A stretch of 64,000 nt of DNA from Phyllobates terribilis (Eukaryota): positions 146,816,001 to 146,880,000 of the forward strand of contig NW_027362768.1 in assembly GCF_046119375.1 (NCBI RefSeq). The letters run 5' to 3'. A model generated the notes under the pieces. It made no database searches, was not told the DNA's origin, and saw nothing but the letters and a program-made list of their open reading frames with translations. Shown piece after piece: positions 40,672 to 52,920 of this stretch (position 1 is the first letter of the stretch; each line of letters begins with the position of its first letter). Made by a program: the position numbers and the translations under genes.

Positions 40672-42295
40672 CAGTACAGACCAAAAGTTTGGACACACCT
40701 CATTTAAAGATTTTTCTGTATTTTCTTGACTATGAAAATTGTACATTCACACTGAAGGCATCAAAACTATGAATTACCACATGTGGAATTATATACTTAA
40801 CAAAAAAGTGTGAAACAACTCAAAATATGTCTTCTATTCTAGGTTCTTCAAAGTAGCCACCTTTTGCTTTAATGACTGCTTTGCACACTCTTGGCATTCT
40901 CTTGATGAGCTTCAAGAGGTAGTCACCGGAAATGGTCTTCCAACAATCTTGAAGGAGTTCCCAGAGATGCTTAGCACCTGTTGGCCCTTTTGCCTTCACT
41001 CTGCGGTCCAGCTCACCCCAAACCATCTCGATTGGGTTCAGGTCTGGTGACTGTGGAGGCCAGGTCATCTGGCGTAGCACCCCATCACTCTCCTTCTTGG
41101 TCAAATAGCCCTTACACAGCCTGGAGGTGTGTTTGGGGTCATTGTCCTGTTGAAAAATAAATGATGGTCCAACTAAACGCAAACCGGATGGAATAGCATG
41201 CCGCTGCAAGATGCTGTGGTAGCCATGCTGGTTCAGTATGCCTTCAATTTTGAATAAATCCCCAACAGTGTCACCAGTAAAGCACCCCCACACCATCACA
41301 CCTCCTCCTCCATGCTTCACGGTGGGAACCAGGCATGTAGAGTCCATCCGTTCACCTTTTCTGTGTCGCACAAAGACATGGTGGTTGGAACCAAAGATCT
41401 CAAATTTGGACTCATCAGACCAAAGCACAAATTTCCACTGGTCTAATGTCCATTCCTTGTGTTCTTTAGCCCAAACAAGTCTCTTCTGCTTGTTGCCTGT
41501 CCTTAGCAGTGGTTTCCTAGCAGCTATTTTACCATGAAGGCCTGCTGCACAAAGCCTCCTCTTAACAGTTGTTGTAGAGATGTGCCTGCTGCTAGAACTC
41601 TGTGTGGCATTGACCTGGTCTCTAATCTGAGCTGCTGTTAACCTGCAATTTCTGAGGCTGGTGACTCGGATAAACTTATCCTCAGAAGCAGAGGTGACTC
41701 TTGGTCTTCCTTTCCTGGGGTGGTCCTCATGTGAGCCAGTTTCTTTGTAGTGCTTGATGGTTTTTGCAATTGCACTTGGGGACACTTTCAAAGTTTGCCC
41801 AATTTTTCGGACTCACTGACCTTCATTTCTTAAAGTAATGATGGCCACTCGTTTTTCTTTACTTGGCTGCTTTTTTCTTGCCATAATACAAATTCTAACA
41901 GTCTATTCAGTAGGACTATCAGCTGTGGATCCACCTGACTTCTGCACAACACAACTGATGGTCCCAACCCCATTTATAAGACAAGAAATCCCACTTATTA
42001 AACCTGACAGGGTACACCTGTGAAGTGAAAACCATTTCCGGTGACTACCTCTTGAAGCTCATCAAGAGAATGCCAAGAGTGTGCAAAGCAGTCATCAAAG
42101 CAAAAGGTGGCTACTTTGAAGAACCTAGAATATAAGACATATTTTCAGTTGTTTCACACTTTTTTGTTAAGTATATAATTCCACATGTGTTAATTCATAG
42201 TTTTGATGCCTTCAATGTGAATGTACAATTTTCATAGTCATGAAAATACAGAAAAATCTCTAAATGAGGTGTGTCCAAACTTTTGGTCTGTACTG
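40672..42295 (-). mobile_element. Full-length Tc1 transposon, ~265-bp TIRs, TA target duplication
   Basis: TA at 40670-40671 and 42296-42297; TIR CAGTACAGACCAAAAGTTTGGACACACC at both ends. Confidence 0.96.
40820..41884 (-). pseudogene. Tc1 DD34E transposase, 354 codons with a single TGA at codon 24
   Basis: MARKKQPSKEKRVAIITLRNEGQ*VRKIG..., GRPR, WSDES, QQDNDPKH, PDLNPIEMVW. Confidence 0.92.
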
Positions 42296-43046
42296 TATGT
42301 GGAGTCTTATTTCCTTTTCAGTAGATAAAAGTTCTGTGGTGGAGGTGTTGTGTTTTTTTTTTTTAAGGCCCCAATATATATTAGATTATTATTGGCCGCA
42401 ACCACCGACTTTAGCGGGACTGGCCGACCAGCTAATCTGTATGGGGTCAGTAGGATTAGACAAGTTGAAAAGCGCCCATTCCTTTTTTTTTTTTTTTTTT
42501 CCTCTACTGTGGGGGATAATTCGTCACCAGAGGTATCTGCCAGCGTATGCCACTCTTTTCATTGAAAACATACGTGCTCAAGTTGTACCTGTGCATGAGA
42601 GTAGATCTCTAGACTGAGGGCACCTGTCCGCTTTCTGGTGCCCAACCTTATAGGCGGAGACCTGTCAGTCAAGCTCTTCTGTGCCATGGAAAGTCTTGGG
42701 GAGAAGCCACCTGGTGCAAACTTCTCCCAAAGTCCGGTAAATGACAAGAACTACCATAGTGACACATTTCTGCAGCCTGATGAGTTGGCTGGAGCATGCT
42801 CATTGCAGGTGTTAGGTTCCTAGTGTTTGCAACATCTTTTAGACACACCGGCGTCTTTGATCTGAAGAATGATGACTTCTTTTAGCCATTTAACAACTTT
42901 CTAAAAGCTCAAAAAGGATGAACATTTGCACAAGTCGTCTTAATATATCAGTGCATGGGTTCATTCTTTTTTTTGCATATTTAAGCACTTGTTCAGGTGA
43001 CATCCACATGAAAAAGTCATTGTGCACATATCCAGAAATGGAAGGA

Positions 43047-46000
43047 GCTCTGCTGCATCCACTATCTGTAGGCACGCACGCACGCACGCACTCGGCTCTG
43101 CTGCATCCACTATCTGTAGGCACGCACGCACGCGGCTCTGCTGCATCCACTATCTGTAGGCACGCACGCACGCGGCTCTGCTGCATCCACTATCTGTAGG
43201 CACGCACGCACGCGGCTCTGCTGCATCCACTATCTGTAGGCACGCACGCACGCGGCTCTGCTGCATCCACTATCTGTAGGCACGCACGCACGCGGCTCTG
43301 CTGCATCCACTATCTGTAGGCACGCACGCACGCACGCGGCTCTGCTGCATCCACTATCTGTAGGCACGCACGCACGCGGCTCTGCTGCATCCACTATCTG
43401 TAGGCACGCACGCACGCGGCTCTGCTGCATCCACTATCTGTAGGCACGCACGCACGCACGCGGCTCTGCTGCATCCACTATCTGTAGGCACGCACGCACG
43501 CACGCGGCTCTGCTGCATCCACTATCTGTAGGCACGCACGCACGCACGCGGCTCTGCTGCATCCACTATCTGTAGGCACGCACGCACGCGGCTCTGCTGC
43601 ATCCACTATCTGTAGGCACGCACGCACGCGGCTCTGCTGCATCCACTATCTGTAGGCACGCACGCACTCGGCTCTGCTGCATCCACTATCTGTAGGCACG
43701 CACGCACGCGGCTCTGCTGCATCCACTATCTGTAGGCACGCACGCACTCGGCTCTGCTGCATCCACTATCTGTAGGCACGCACGCACTCGGCTCTGCTGC
43801 ATCCACTATCTGTAGGCACGCACGCACTCGGCTCTGCTGCATCCACTATCTGTAGGCACGCACGCACTCGGCTCTGCTGCATCCACTATCTGTAGGCACG
43901 CACGCACGCGGCTCTGCTGCATCCACTATCTGTAGGCACGCACGCACGCGGCTCTGCTGCATCCACTATCTGTAGGCACGCACGCACGCACGCGGCTCTG
44001 CTGCATCCACTATGTGTAGGCACGCACGCACGCGGCTCTGCTGCATCCACTATCTGTAGGCACGCACGCACTCGGCTCTGCTGCATCCACTATCTGTAGG
44101 CACGCACGCACTCGGCTCTGCTGCATCCACTATCTGTAGGCACGCACGCACTCGGCTCTGCTGCATCCACTATCTGTAGGCACGCACGCACGCGGCTCTG
44201 CTGCATCCACTATCTGTAGGCACGCACGCACTCGGCTCTGCTGCATCCACTATCTGTAGGCACGCACGCACTCGGCTCTGCTGCATCCACTATCTGTAGG
44301 CACGCACGCACTCGGCTCTGCTGCATCCACTATCTGTAGACACGCACGCACTCGGCTCTGCTGCATCCACTATCTGTAGGCACGCACGCACGCACTCGGC
44401 TCTGCTGCATCCACTATCTGTAGGCACGCACGCACGCGGCTCTGCTGCATCCACTATCTGTAGGCACGCACGCACGCGGCTCTGCTGCATCCACTATCTG
44501 TAGGCACGCACGCACGCGGCTCTGCTGCATCCACTATCTGTAGGCACGCACGCACGCGGCTCTGCTGCATCCACTATCTGTAGGCACGCACGCACTCGGC
44601 GCTGCTGCATCCACTATCTGTAGGCACGCACGCACTCGGCGCTGCTGCATCCACTATCTGTAGGCACGCACGCACGCACGCGGCTCTGCTGCATCCACTA
44701 TCTGTAGGCACGCACGCACTCGGCTCTGCTGCATCCACTATCTGTAGGCACGCACGCACTCGGCGCTGCTGCATCCACTATCTGTAGGCACGCACGCACT
44801 CGGCGCTGCTGCATCCACTATCTGTAGGCACGCACGCACTCGGCGCTGCTGCATCCACTATCTGTAGGCACGCACGCACTCGGCTCTGCTGCATCCACTA
44901 TCTGTAGGCACGCACGCACTCGGCGCTGCTGCATCCACTATCTGTAGGCACGCACGCACTCGGCGCTGCTGCATCCACTATCTGTAGGCACGCACGCACG
45001 CACTCGGCGCTGCTGCATCCACTATCTGTAGGCACGCACGCACTCGGCTCTGCTGCATCCACTATCTGTAGGCACGCACGCACTCGGCTCTGCTGCATCC
45101 ACTATCTGTAGGCACGCACTCGGCTGTGCTGCATCCACTATCTGTAGGCACGCACTCGGCTGTGCTGCATCCACTATCTGTAGGCACGCACGCACGCACT
45201 TGGCTCTGCTGCATCCACTATCTGTAGGCACGCACGCACGCACTCGGCTCTGCTGCATCCACTATCTGTAGGCACGCTCTGGGCTCTGCTGCATCCACTA
45301 TCTGTAGGCACGCTCTGGGCTCTGCTGCATCCACTATCTGTAGGCACGCTCTGGGCTCTGCTGCATCCACTATCTGTAGGCACGCACTCGGCGCTACTGC
45401 ATCCACTATCTGTAGGCACGCACACACTCGGCGCTACTGCATCCACTATCTGTAGGCACGCACGCACTCGGCTCTGCTGCATCCACTATCTGTAGGCACG
45501 CACGCACACACTCGGCTCTGCTGCATCCACTATCTGTAGGCACGCTCTGGGCTCTGCTGCATCCACTATCTGTAGGCACGCACACACTCGGCTCTGCTGC
45601 ATCCACTATCTGTAGGCACGCACGCTCTGGGCTCTGCTGCATCCACTATCTGTAGGCACGCACGCACTCGGCTCTGCTGCATCCACTATCTGTAGGCACG
45701 CACGCACTCGGCTCTGCTGCATCCACTATCTGTAGGCACGCACGCTCTGGGCTCTGCTGCATCCACTATCTGTAGGCACGCACGCACTCGGCTCTGCTGC
45801 ATCCACTATCTGTAGGCACGCTCTGGGCTCTGCTGCATCCACTATCTGTAGGCACGCACGCTCTGGGCTCTGCTGCATCCACTATCTGTAGGCACGCACG
45901 CACTCGGCGCTGCTGCATCCACTATCTGTAGGCACGCACGCACTCTGCTCTGCTGCATCCACTATCTGTAGGCCCGCACGCACTCGGCTCTGCTGCATCC

Positions 46001-49000
46001 ACTATCTGTAGGGCTGCACGCACTCTGCTCTGCTGCATCCACTATCTGTAGGCACGCACGCACTCGGCTCTGCTGCATCCACTATCTGTAGGCACGCACG
46101 CACTCGGCTCTGCTGCATCCACTATCTGTAGGCACGCACGCACGCGGCTCTGCTGCATCCACTATCTGTAGGCACGCACGCACGCGGCTCTGCTGCATCC
46201 ACTATCTGTAGGCACGCACGCACGCGGCTCTGCTGCATCCACTATCTGTAGGCACGCACGCACGCGGCTCTGCTGCATCCACTATCTGTAGGCACGCACG
46301 CACGCGGCTCTGCTGCATCCACTATCTGTAGGCACGCACGCACGCGGCTCTGCTGCATCCACTATCTGTAGGCACGCACGCGGCTCTGCTGCATCCACTA
46401 TCTGTAGGCACGCACGCACGCACGCGGCTCTGCTGCATCCACTATCTGTAGGCACGCACGCACGCACGCACGCGGCTCTGCTGCATCCACTATCTGTAGG
46501 CACGCACGCACGCGGCTCTGCTGCATCCACTATCTGTAGGCACGCACGCACGCGGCTCTGCTGCATCCACTATCTGTAGGCACGCACGCACTCGGCTCTG
46601 CTGCATCCACTATCTGTAGGCACGCACGCACGCGGCTCTGCTGCATCCACTATCTGTAGGCACGCACGCACTCGGCTCTGCTGCATCCACTATCTGTAGG
46701 CACGCACGCACTCGGCTCTGCTGCATCCACTATCTGTAGGCACGCACGCACTCGGCTCTGCTGCATCCACTATCTGTAGGCACGCACGCACTCGGCTCTG
46801 CTGCATCCACTATCTGTAGGCACGCACGCACGCGGCTCTGCTGCATCCACTATCTGTAGGCACGCACGCACGCGGCTCTGCTGCATCCACTATCTGTAGG
46901 CACGCACGCACGCACGCGGCTCTGCTGCATCCACTATCTGTAGGCACGCACGCACGCGGCTCTGCTGCATCCACTATCTGTAGGCACGCACGCACTCGGC
47001 TCTGCTGCATCCACTATCTGTAGGCACGCACGCACTCGGCTCTGCTGCATCCACTATCTGTAGGCACGCACGCACTCGGCTCTGCTGCATCCACTATCTG
47101 TAGGCACGCACGCACTCGGCTCTGCTGCATCCACTATCTGTAGGCACGCACGCACGCGGCTCTGCTGCATCCACTATCTGTAGGCACGCACGCACTCGGC
47201 TCTGCTGCATCCACTATCTGTAGGCACGCACGCACTCGGCTCTGCTGCATCCACTATCTGTAGACACGCACGCACTCGGCTCTGCTGCATCCACTATCTG
47301 TAGGCACGCACGCACTCGGCTCTGCTGCATCCACTATCTGTAGGCACGCACGCACGCACTCGGCTCTGCTGCATCCACTATCTGTAGGCACGCACGCACG
47401 CACGCGGCTCTGCTGCATCCACTATCTGTAGGCACGCACGCACGCGGCTCTGCTGCATCCACTATCTGTAGGCACGCACGCACGCGGCTCTGCTGCATCC
47501 ACTATCTGTAGGCACGCACGCACTCGGCGCTGCTGCATCCACTATCTGTAGGCACGCACGCACTCGGCGCTGCTGCATCCACTATCTGTAGGCACGCACG
47601 CACGCACGCGGCTCTGCTGCATCCACTATCTGTAGGCACGCACGCACTCGGCTCTGCTGCATCCACTATCTGTAGGCACGCACGCACTCGGCGCTGCTGC
47701 ATCCACTATCTGTAGGCACGCACGCACTCGGCGCTGCTGCATCCACTATCTGTAGGCACGCACGCACTCGGCGCTGCTGCATCCACTATCTGTAGGCACG
47801 CACGCACTCGGCTCTGCTGCATCCACTATCTGTAGGCACGCACGCACTCGGCGCTGCTGCATCCACTATCTGTAGGCACGCACGCACTCGGCGCTGCTGC
47901 ATCCACTATCTGTAGGCACGCACGCACGCACTCGGCGCTGCTGCATCCACTATCTGTAGGCACGCACGCACTCGGCTCTGCTGCATCCACTATCTGTAGG
48001 CACGCACGCACTCGGCTCTGCTGCATCCACTATCTGTAGGCACGCACTCGGCTCTGCTGCATCCACTATCTGTAGGCACGCACTCGGCTGTGCTGCATCC
48101 ACTATCTGTAGGCACGCACGCACGCACTTGGCTCTGCTGCATCCACTATCTGTAGGCACGCACGCACGCACTCGGCTCTGCTGCATCCACTATCTGTAGG
48201 CACGCTCTGGGCTCTGCTGCATCCACTATCTGTAGGCACGCTCTGGGCTCTGCTGCATCCACTATCTGTAGGCACGCTCTGGGCTCTGCTGCATCCACTA
48301 TCTGTAGGCACGCACTCGGCGCTACTGCATCCACTATCTGTAGGCACGCACACACTCGGCGCTACTGCATCCACTATCTGTAGGCACGCACGCACTCGGC
48401 TCTGCTGCATCCACTATCTGTAGGCACGCACGCACACACTCGGCTCTGCTGCATCCACTATCTGTAGGCACGCTCTGGGCTCTGCTGCATCCACTATCTG
48501 TAGGCACGCACACACTCGGCTCTGCTGCATCCACTATCTGTAGGCACGCACGCTCTGGGCTCTGCTGCATCCACTATCTGTAGGCACGCACGCACTCGGC
48601 TCTGCTGCATCCACTATCTGTAGGCACGCACGCACTCGGCTCTGCTGCATCCACTATCTGTAGGCACGCACGCTCTGGGCTCTGCTGCATCCACTATCTG
48701 TAGGCACGCACGCACTCGGCTCTGCTGCATCCACTATCTGTAGGCACGCTCTGGGCTCTGCTGCATCCACTATCTGTAGGCACGCACGCTCTGGGCTCTG
48801 CTGCATCCACTATCTGTAGGCACGCACGCACTCGGCGCTGCTGCATCCACTATCTGTAGGCACGCACGCACTCTGCTCTGCTGCATCCACTATCTGTAGG
48901 CCCGCACGCACTCGGCTCTGCTGCATCCACTATCTGTAGGGCTGCACGCACTCTGCTCTGCTGCATCCACTATCTGTAGGCACGCACGCACTCTGCTCTG

Positions 49001-50400
49001 CTGCATCCACTATCTGTAGGCACGCACGCACTCGGCTCTGCTGCATCCACTATCTGTAGGCACGCACGCACTCGGCTCTGCTGCATCCACTATCTGTAGG
49101 CACGCACGCACGCACTCGGCTCTGCTGCATCCACTATCTGTAGGCACGCACGCACGCGGCTCTGCTGCATCCACTATCTGTAGGCACGCACGCACGCACT
49201 CGGCTCTGCTGCATCCACTATCTGTAGGCACGCACGCACTCGGCTCTGCTGCATCCACTATCTGTAGGCACGCACGCACGCACTCGGCTCTGCTGCATCC
49301 ACTATCTGTAGGCACGCACGCACTCGGCTCTGCTGCATCCACTATCTGTAGGCACGCACGCACTCGGCTCTGCTGCATCCACTATCTGTAGGCACGCACG
49401 CACTCGGCTCTGCTGCATCCACTATCTGTAGGCACGCACGCACGCGGCTCTGCTGCATCCACTATCTGTAGGCACGCACGCACTCGGCTCTGCTGCATCC
49501 ACTATCTGTAGGCACGCACGCACTCGGCTCTGCTGCATCCACTATCTGTAGGCACGCACGCACACACTCGGCTCTGCTGCATCCACTATCTGTAGGCACG
49601 CTCTGGGCTCTGCTGCATCCACTATCTGTAGGCACGCACACACTCGGCTCTGCTGCATCCACTATCTGTAGGCACGCACGCTCTGGGCTCTGCTGCATCC
49701 ACTATCTGTAGGCACGCACGCACTCGGCTCTGCTGCATCCACTATCTGTAGGCACGCACGCTCTGGGCTCTGCTGCATCCACTATCTGTAGGCACGCACA
49801 CACTCGGCTCTGCTGCATCCACTATCTGTAGGCACGCACGCACTCGGCTCTGCTGCATCCACTATCTGTAGGCACGCACGCACTCGGCTCTGCTGCATCC
49901 ACTATCTGTAGGCACGCACGCACTCGGCGCTGCTGCATCCACTATCTGTAGGCACGCACGCACTCGGCTCTGCTGCATCCACTATCTGTAGGCACGCACG
50001 CACTCGGCGCTGCTGCATCCACTATCTGTAGGCACGCACACACTCGGCTCTGCTGCATCCACTATCTGTAGGCACGCACGCACTCGGCTCTGCTGCATCC
50101 ACTATCTGTAGGCACGCACGCACACACTCGGCTCTGCTGCATCCACTATCTGTAGGCACGCTCTGGGCTCTGCTGCATCCACTATCTGTAGGCACGCACA
50201 CACTCGGCTCTGCTGCATCCACTATCTGTAGGCACGCACGCTCTGGGCTCTGCTGCATCCACTATCTGTAGGCACGCACGCACTCGGCTCTGCTGCATCC
50301 ACTATCTGTAGGCACGCACGCACTCGGCGCTGCTGCATCCACTATCTGTAGGCACGCACACACTCGGCTCTGCTGCATCCACTATCTGTAGGCACGCTCT
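43047..50400. repeat. ~7.3 kb satellite of ~40-bp unit GGCTCTGCTGCATCCACTATCTGTAGGCAC(GCAC)n, roughly 180 copies
   Basis: Directly visible; length variants come from GCAC copy number. Confidence 0.98.
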
Positions 50401-50409
50401 TCTGCTACA

Positions 50410-51010
50410 TGCTTGCCGCTCCCCCTTCCTGCTCACATAAGTGGCATTCCCCAACGGTATGACAAGCCCCTCCCCTTCATGTGACAGGTCACGTGCTTCT
50501 TACACAGGCCGGCCCCCACAGCTGGCGCTTGCCGTCACGTGCTGGGTGACAGCGGCTCCTACTTCCGGGATCACTCCTCCTCCCAGCATCCCCTGCTCCT
50601 GTCCTCCATTGACTCTGAGGACCTCTTCCCGGTGCTGGGTCCCACGCCTCCTCCTCCTTCTTCTTCAGCTTCTCCTCCCGGCAACGGACAGCCTGGAAGC
50701 CGCCATCATTAATTAACCCTGCACTTACCATACTGTGGTATAAGCCTGTCCCTGCAGAGCGTCACATGACAGGAGCCGGCTGTGCCCGCTGGTATCCCTC
50801 CGCTGCTGAGCCCTGCACCCTGGTTCCCGTGTGACCCCCAGGTGAGTGTGTGATGTGGTGCCCCGTGGCATGCTGGTGATTGTAGTCCCACAGCAGCTGG
50901 GGAGCCGCAAAGTTATGCGCAGCTGCTGCAGTGATTTCTGTGTTTGAGGCTCCAGACACTACAACTCCCAGCAGCTCTTGCAGTGTGCTGGGAGTTGTAG
51001 TGTCACCGCA
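50410..51010 (+). promoter_or_regulatory. CC2D1B: Probable CC2D1B promoter and non-coding exon 1 (donor at 50842)
   Basis: GC/CpG-rich; E-boxes GTCACGTG x2, TCATGTGAC, GTCACATGAC; ETS ACTTCCGG 50561-50568; CCAG|GTGAGT; ZNF143-like motifs. Confidence 0.6.
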
Positions 51011-51109
51011 TCAGTTAGGAGGGTCCGATCCTACACCCATCATCGCTGCTTTTCCTGGACGCCCGGCTTAGCACAGACATGCAGCCAGCCCTATTGACCC
51101 ATTTCCTCA

Positions 51110-51255
51110 TAGACTGTAAGCTTGTGAGCAGGGCCCTCACTCCTTTCGATATGAGTTATGTTTATTCTGTATTGTCTGTATAAGTCCCCCCCTAAAATTT
51201 GTAAAGTGCTGCGGAATATGTTGATGCTATAAAAATAAAAATTATTATCATTATT
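51110..51255 (+). mobile_element. L2/CR1-type LINE or SINE 3' end
   Basis: TAGACTGTAAGCTTGTGAGCAGGG...TGTAAAGTGCTGCGGAATATGTTGATGCTATA...(ATT)n. Confidence 0.7.
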
Positions 51256-52587
51256 GACTTTAATGGGGCAATGTGTTAAAGGGACAGTCTCCTAAATGCA
51301 ATCCCAGCCTATAAGGTCTATTGGGACCAAAAACCTTATAGATACGACACGGTGCCCCCCTCGGTGTATTATAGGGGTGGCCATTCCTGAGTACATGTCA
51401 CCTCTCCTGACACATTCAGTTTAGTCAGTAATTTTACTCCCCATAATATAACAATTCTGAAAATTCGTTGTATGATATAGGTCCTCTGTTGTCCCTCCTG
51501 GAAATGTATGACTAAAGCAATAACTGTGTGTTACTAATCGTGGAGGGGGTGGTCCCGTACACTTAGACCATCCAGGCATTGTTGACCGTGTCACGTTCGA
51601 GGAACACACCTTGCCCTAGTTGTCAATTTAGTCTACATTTCTAGGAGTAATAACAGAGGAACGACACGAGAAATAAGAAGAGGTGCCACCGTATTATTGT
51701 GATTTTATTTTTCTTAGGGGGAAAACAAATATTTAATCATACAGAATAAGAGGGATTTTTACTGCTGTTTGTTTACAGCTTGTTGTCTAGGTTACCAGCC
51801 ACTTCATCAGTCTGTCAGTAGTGGCCGGTCTCCTTGGCAAGGATCCTCAGTGCCCTTGCACTTCTGTGGTGCTTGAGAGGTAAAGCTGCTTCTGTTTGCA
51901 GCATCAAAAAGCACTATAGCGGATCACTAGCGCAATAATGCTGCTGGTCTGATCTGTCAATCAAGCAGGAGAGCAGTCCCCCAACAAGTTGGGCACTGCT
52001 GAAAACAAATTATGAAACAACCTCTTTAATGGTTAATTTGCAAGAGCCTTCACTGCACAGAACACTTCTTCTCCAGAGTCCAGTGGTGGCGGCTTTACAC
52101 CACTCCATCCGACACCCAGCATTGTGCTTGGTTATGTAAGGCTGCATGCAGCTGCTTGGTCATGAAGCTCCAGTGTTTGTGCTGATGAGGAGGTCTGTCC
52201 TTTGCAGTTATGGAGTCAGCAGAGCGGTGGTGACTTTTCTGCCCTCTGCTCCTCAGCACTCGGCCCCCCGGGTCTCCACTTCATGGCTGAGTTGCTGCGG
52301 TTCCTTCACTTCTCAATAATATCACTCACAGGTGATGGAGGAAGAAATGTCATGCCCAGACTTGTTACCCCGGTGGCTGCTAGTACAGGACCGTGCTTGT
52401 ATCAGCGAGCTCTGCACCACTGGCTGCTCTGTCACATGGTAGTAAAGGCAGACGGCACGGCGGGGGCCGGATGTTATACACTGGGGGGGGGGGAGATAAA
52501 AAACCTGAATTGATTGATTGACATGTCCCAATACTTTTCTCTGTAGTCTACGTTCAAGCTTGGTGCCGCCAATTTCATTGTTTTTGC

Positions 52588-52920
52588 ATATTAAATTTCC
52601 CAGAGCAGCATTGCACGGCGAATAAGCTTCCTTACCTTGGCATGCCAGAGCTGGTATGTCACTCCCGAGAAGGAGAAACATTACCCCTTAGACCTCAGTC
52701 CAGAGCCTCTCACCTAGCCAAATCAGTTCTCATACTTTGCACTGATGAGGGCCAACAGCCCGAAACACCGTGTCTGCAAATTGAGATTCTGATTTGGCTT
52801 TTATCCTAAGTCATATCGCACGACTCGTTAAAGGGTCGATTGTGACTTGTAGGATCCCTGCTTCCAATAGGTGGCGCTACAGAGTACAAGTCCTCTTTCT
52901 CTCTGAAGAGGCAATTTGCA
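52588..52920 (+). mobile_element. Retrozyme-like 333-bp non-coding insert with 12-bp flanking direct repeat
   Basis: CATTGTTTTTGC at 52576-52587 and 52921-52932; contains the hammerhead. Confidence 0.75.
52716..52799 (+). ncRNA. Type I hammerhead ribozyme
   Basis: Stem I TTTGCA/TGCAAA, CTGATGA core, stem II GGGC-CAACA-GCCC, GAAA, short stem III ACA(CCG)TGT, GTC cleavage triplet (C at 52774), extended stem I AGCCAAATCAG/CTGATTTGGCT. Confidence 0.9.

Noticed and set aside
43047-50400. CRISPR-like repeat/spacer array, or the many MQQSRVRACLQIV... ORFs
   Set aside because: The variable part is only GCAC copy number with no unique spacers and no cas genes; the ORFs are translation artefacts of the satellite.
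50716-50735. Perfect minus-strand donor ATG|GTAAGT suggesting an antisense gene
   Set aside because: No matching downstream acceptor or coding exon found; could arise by chance or from a repeat.
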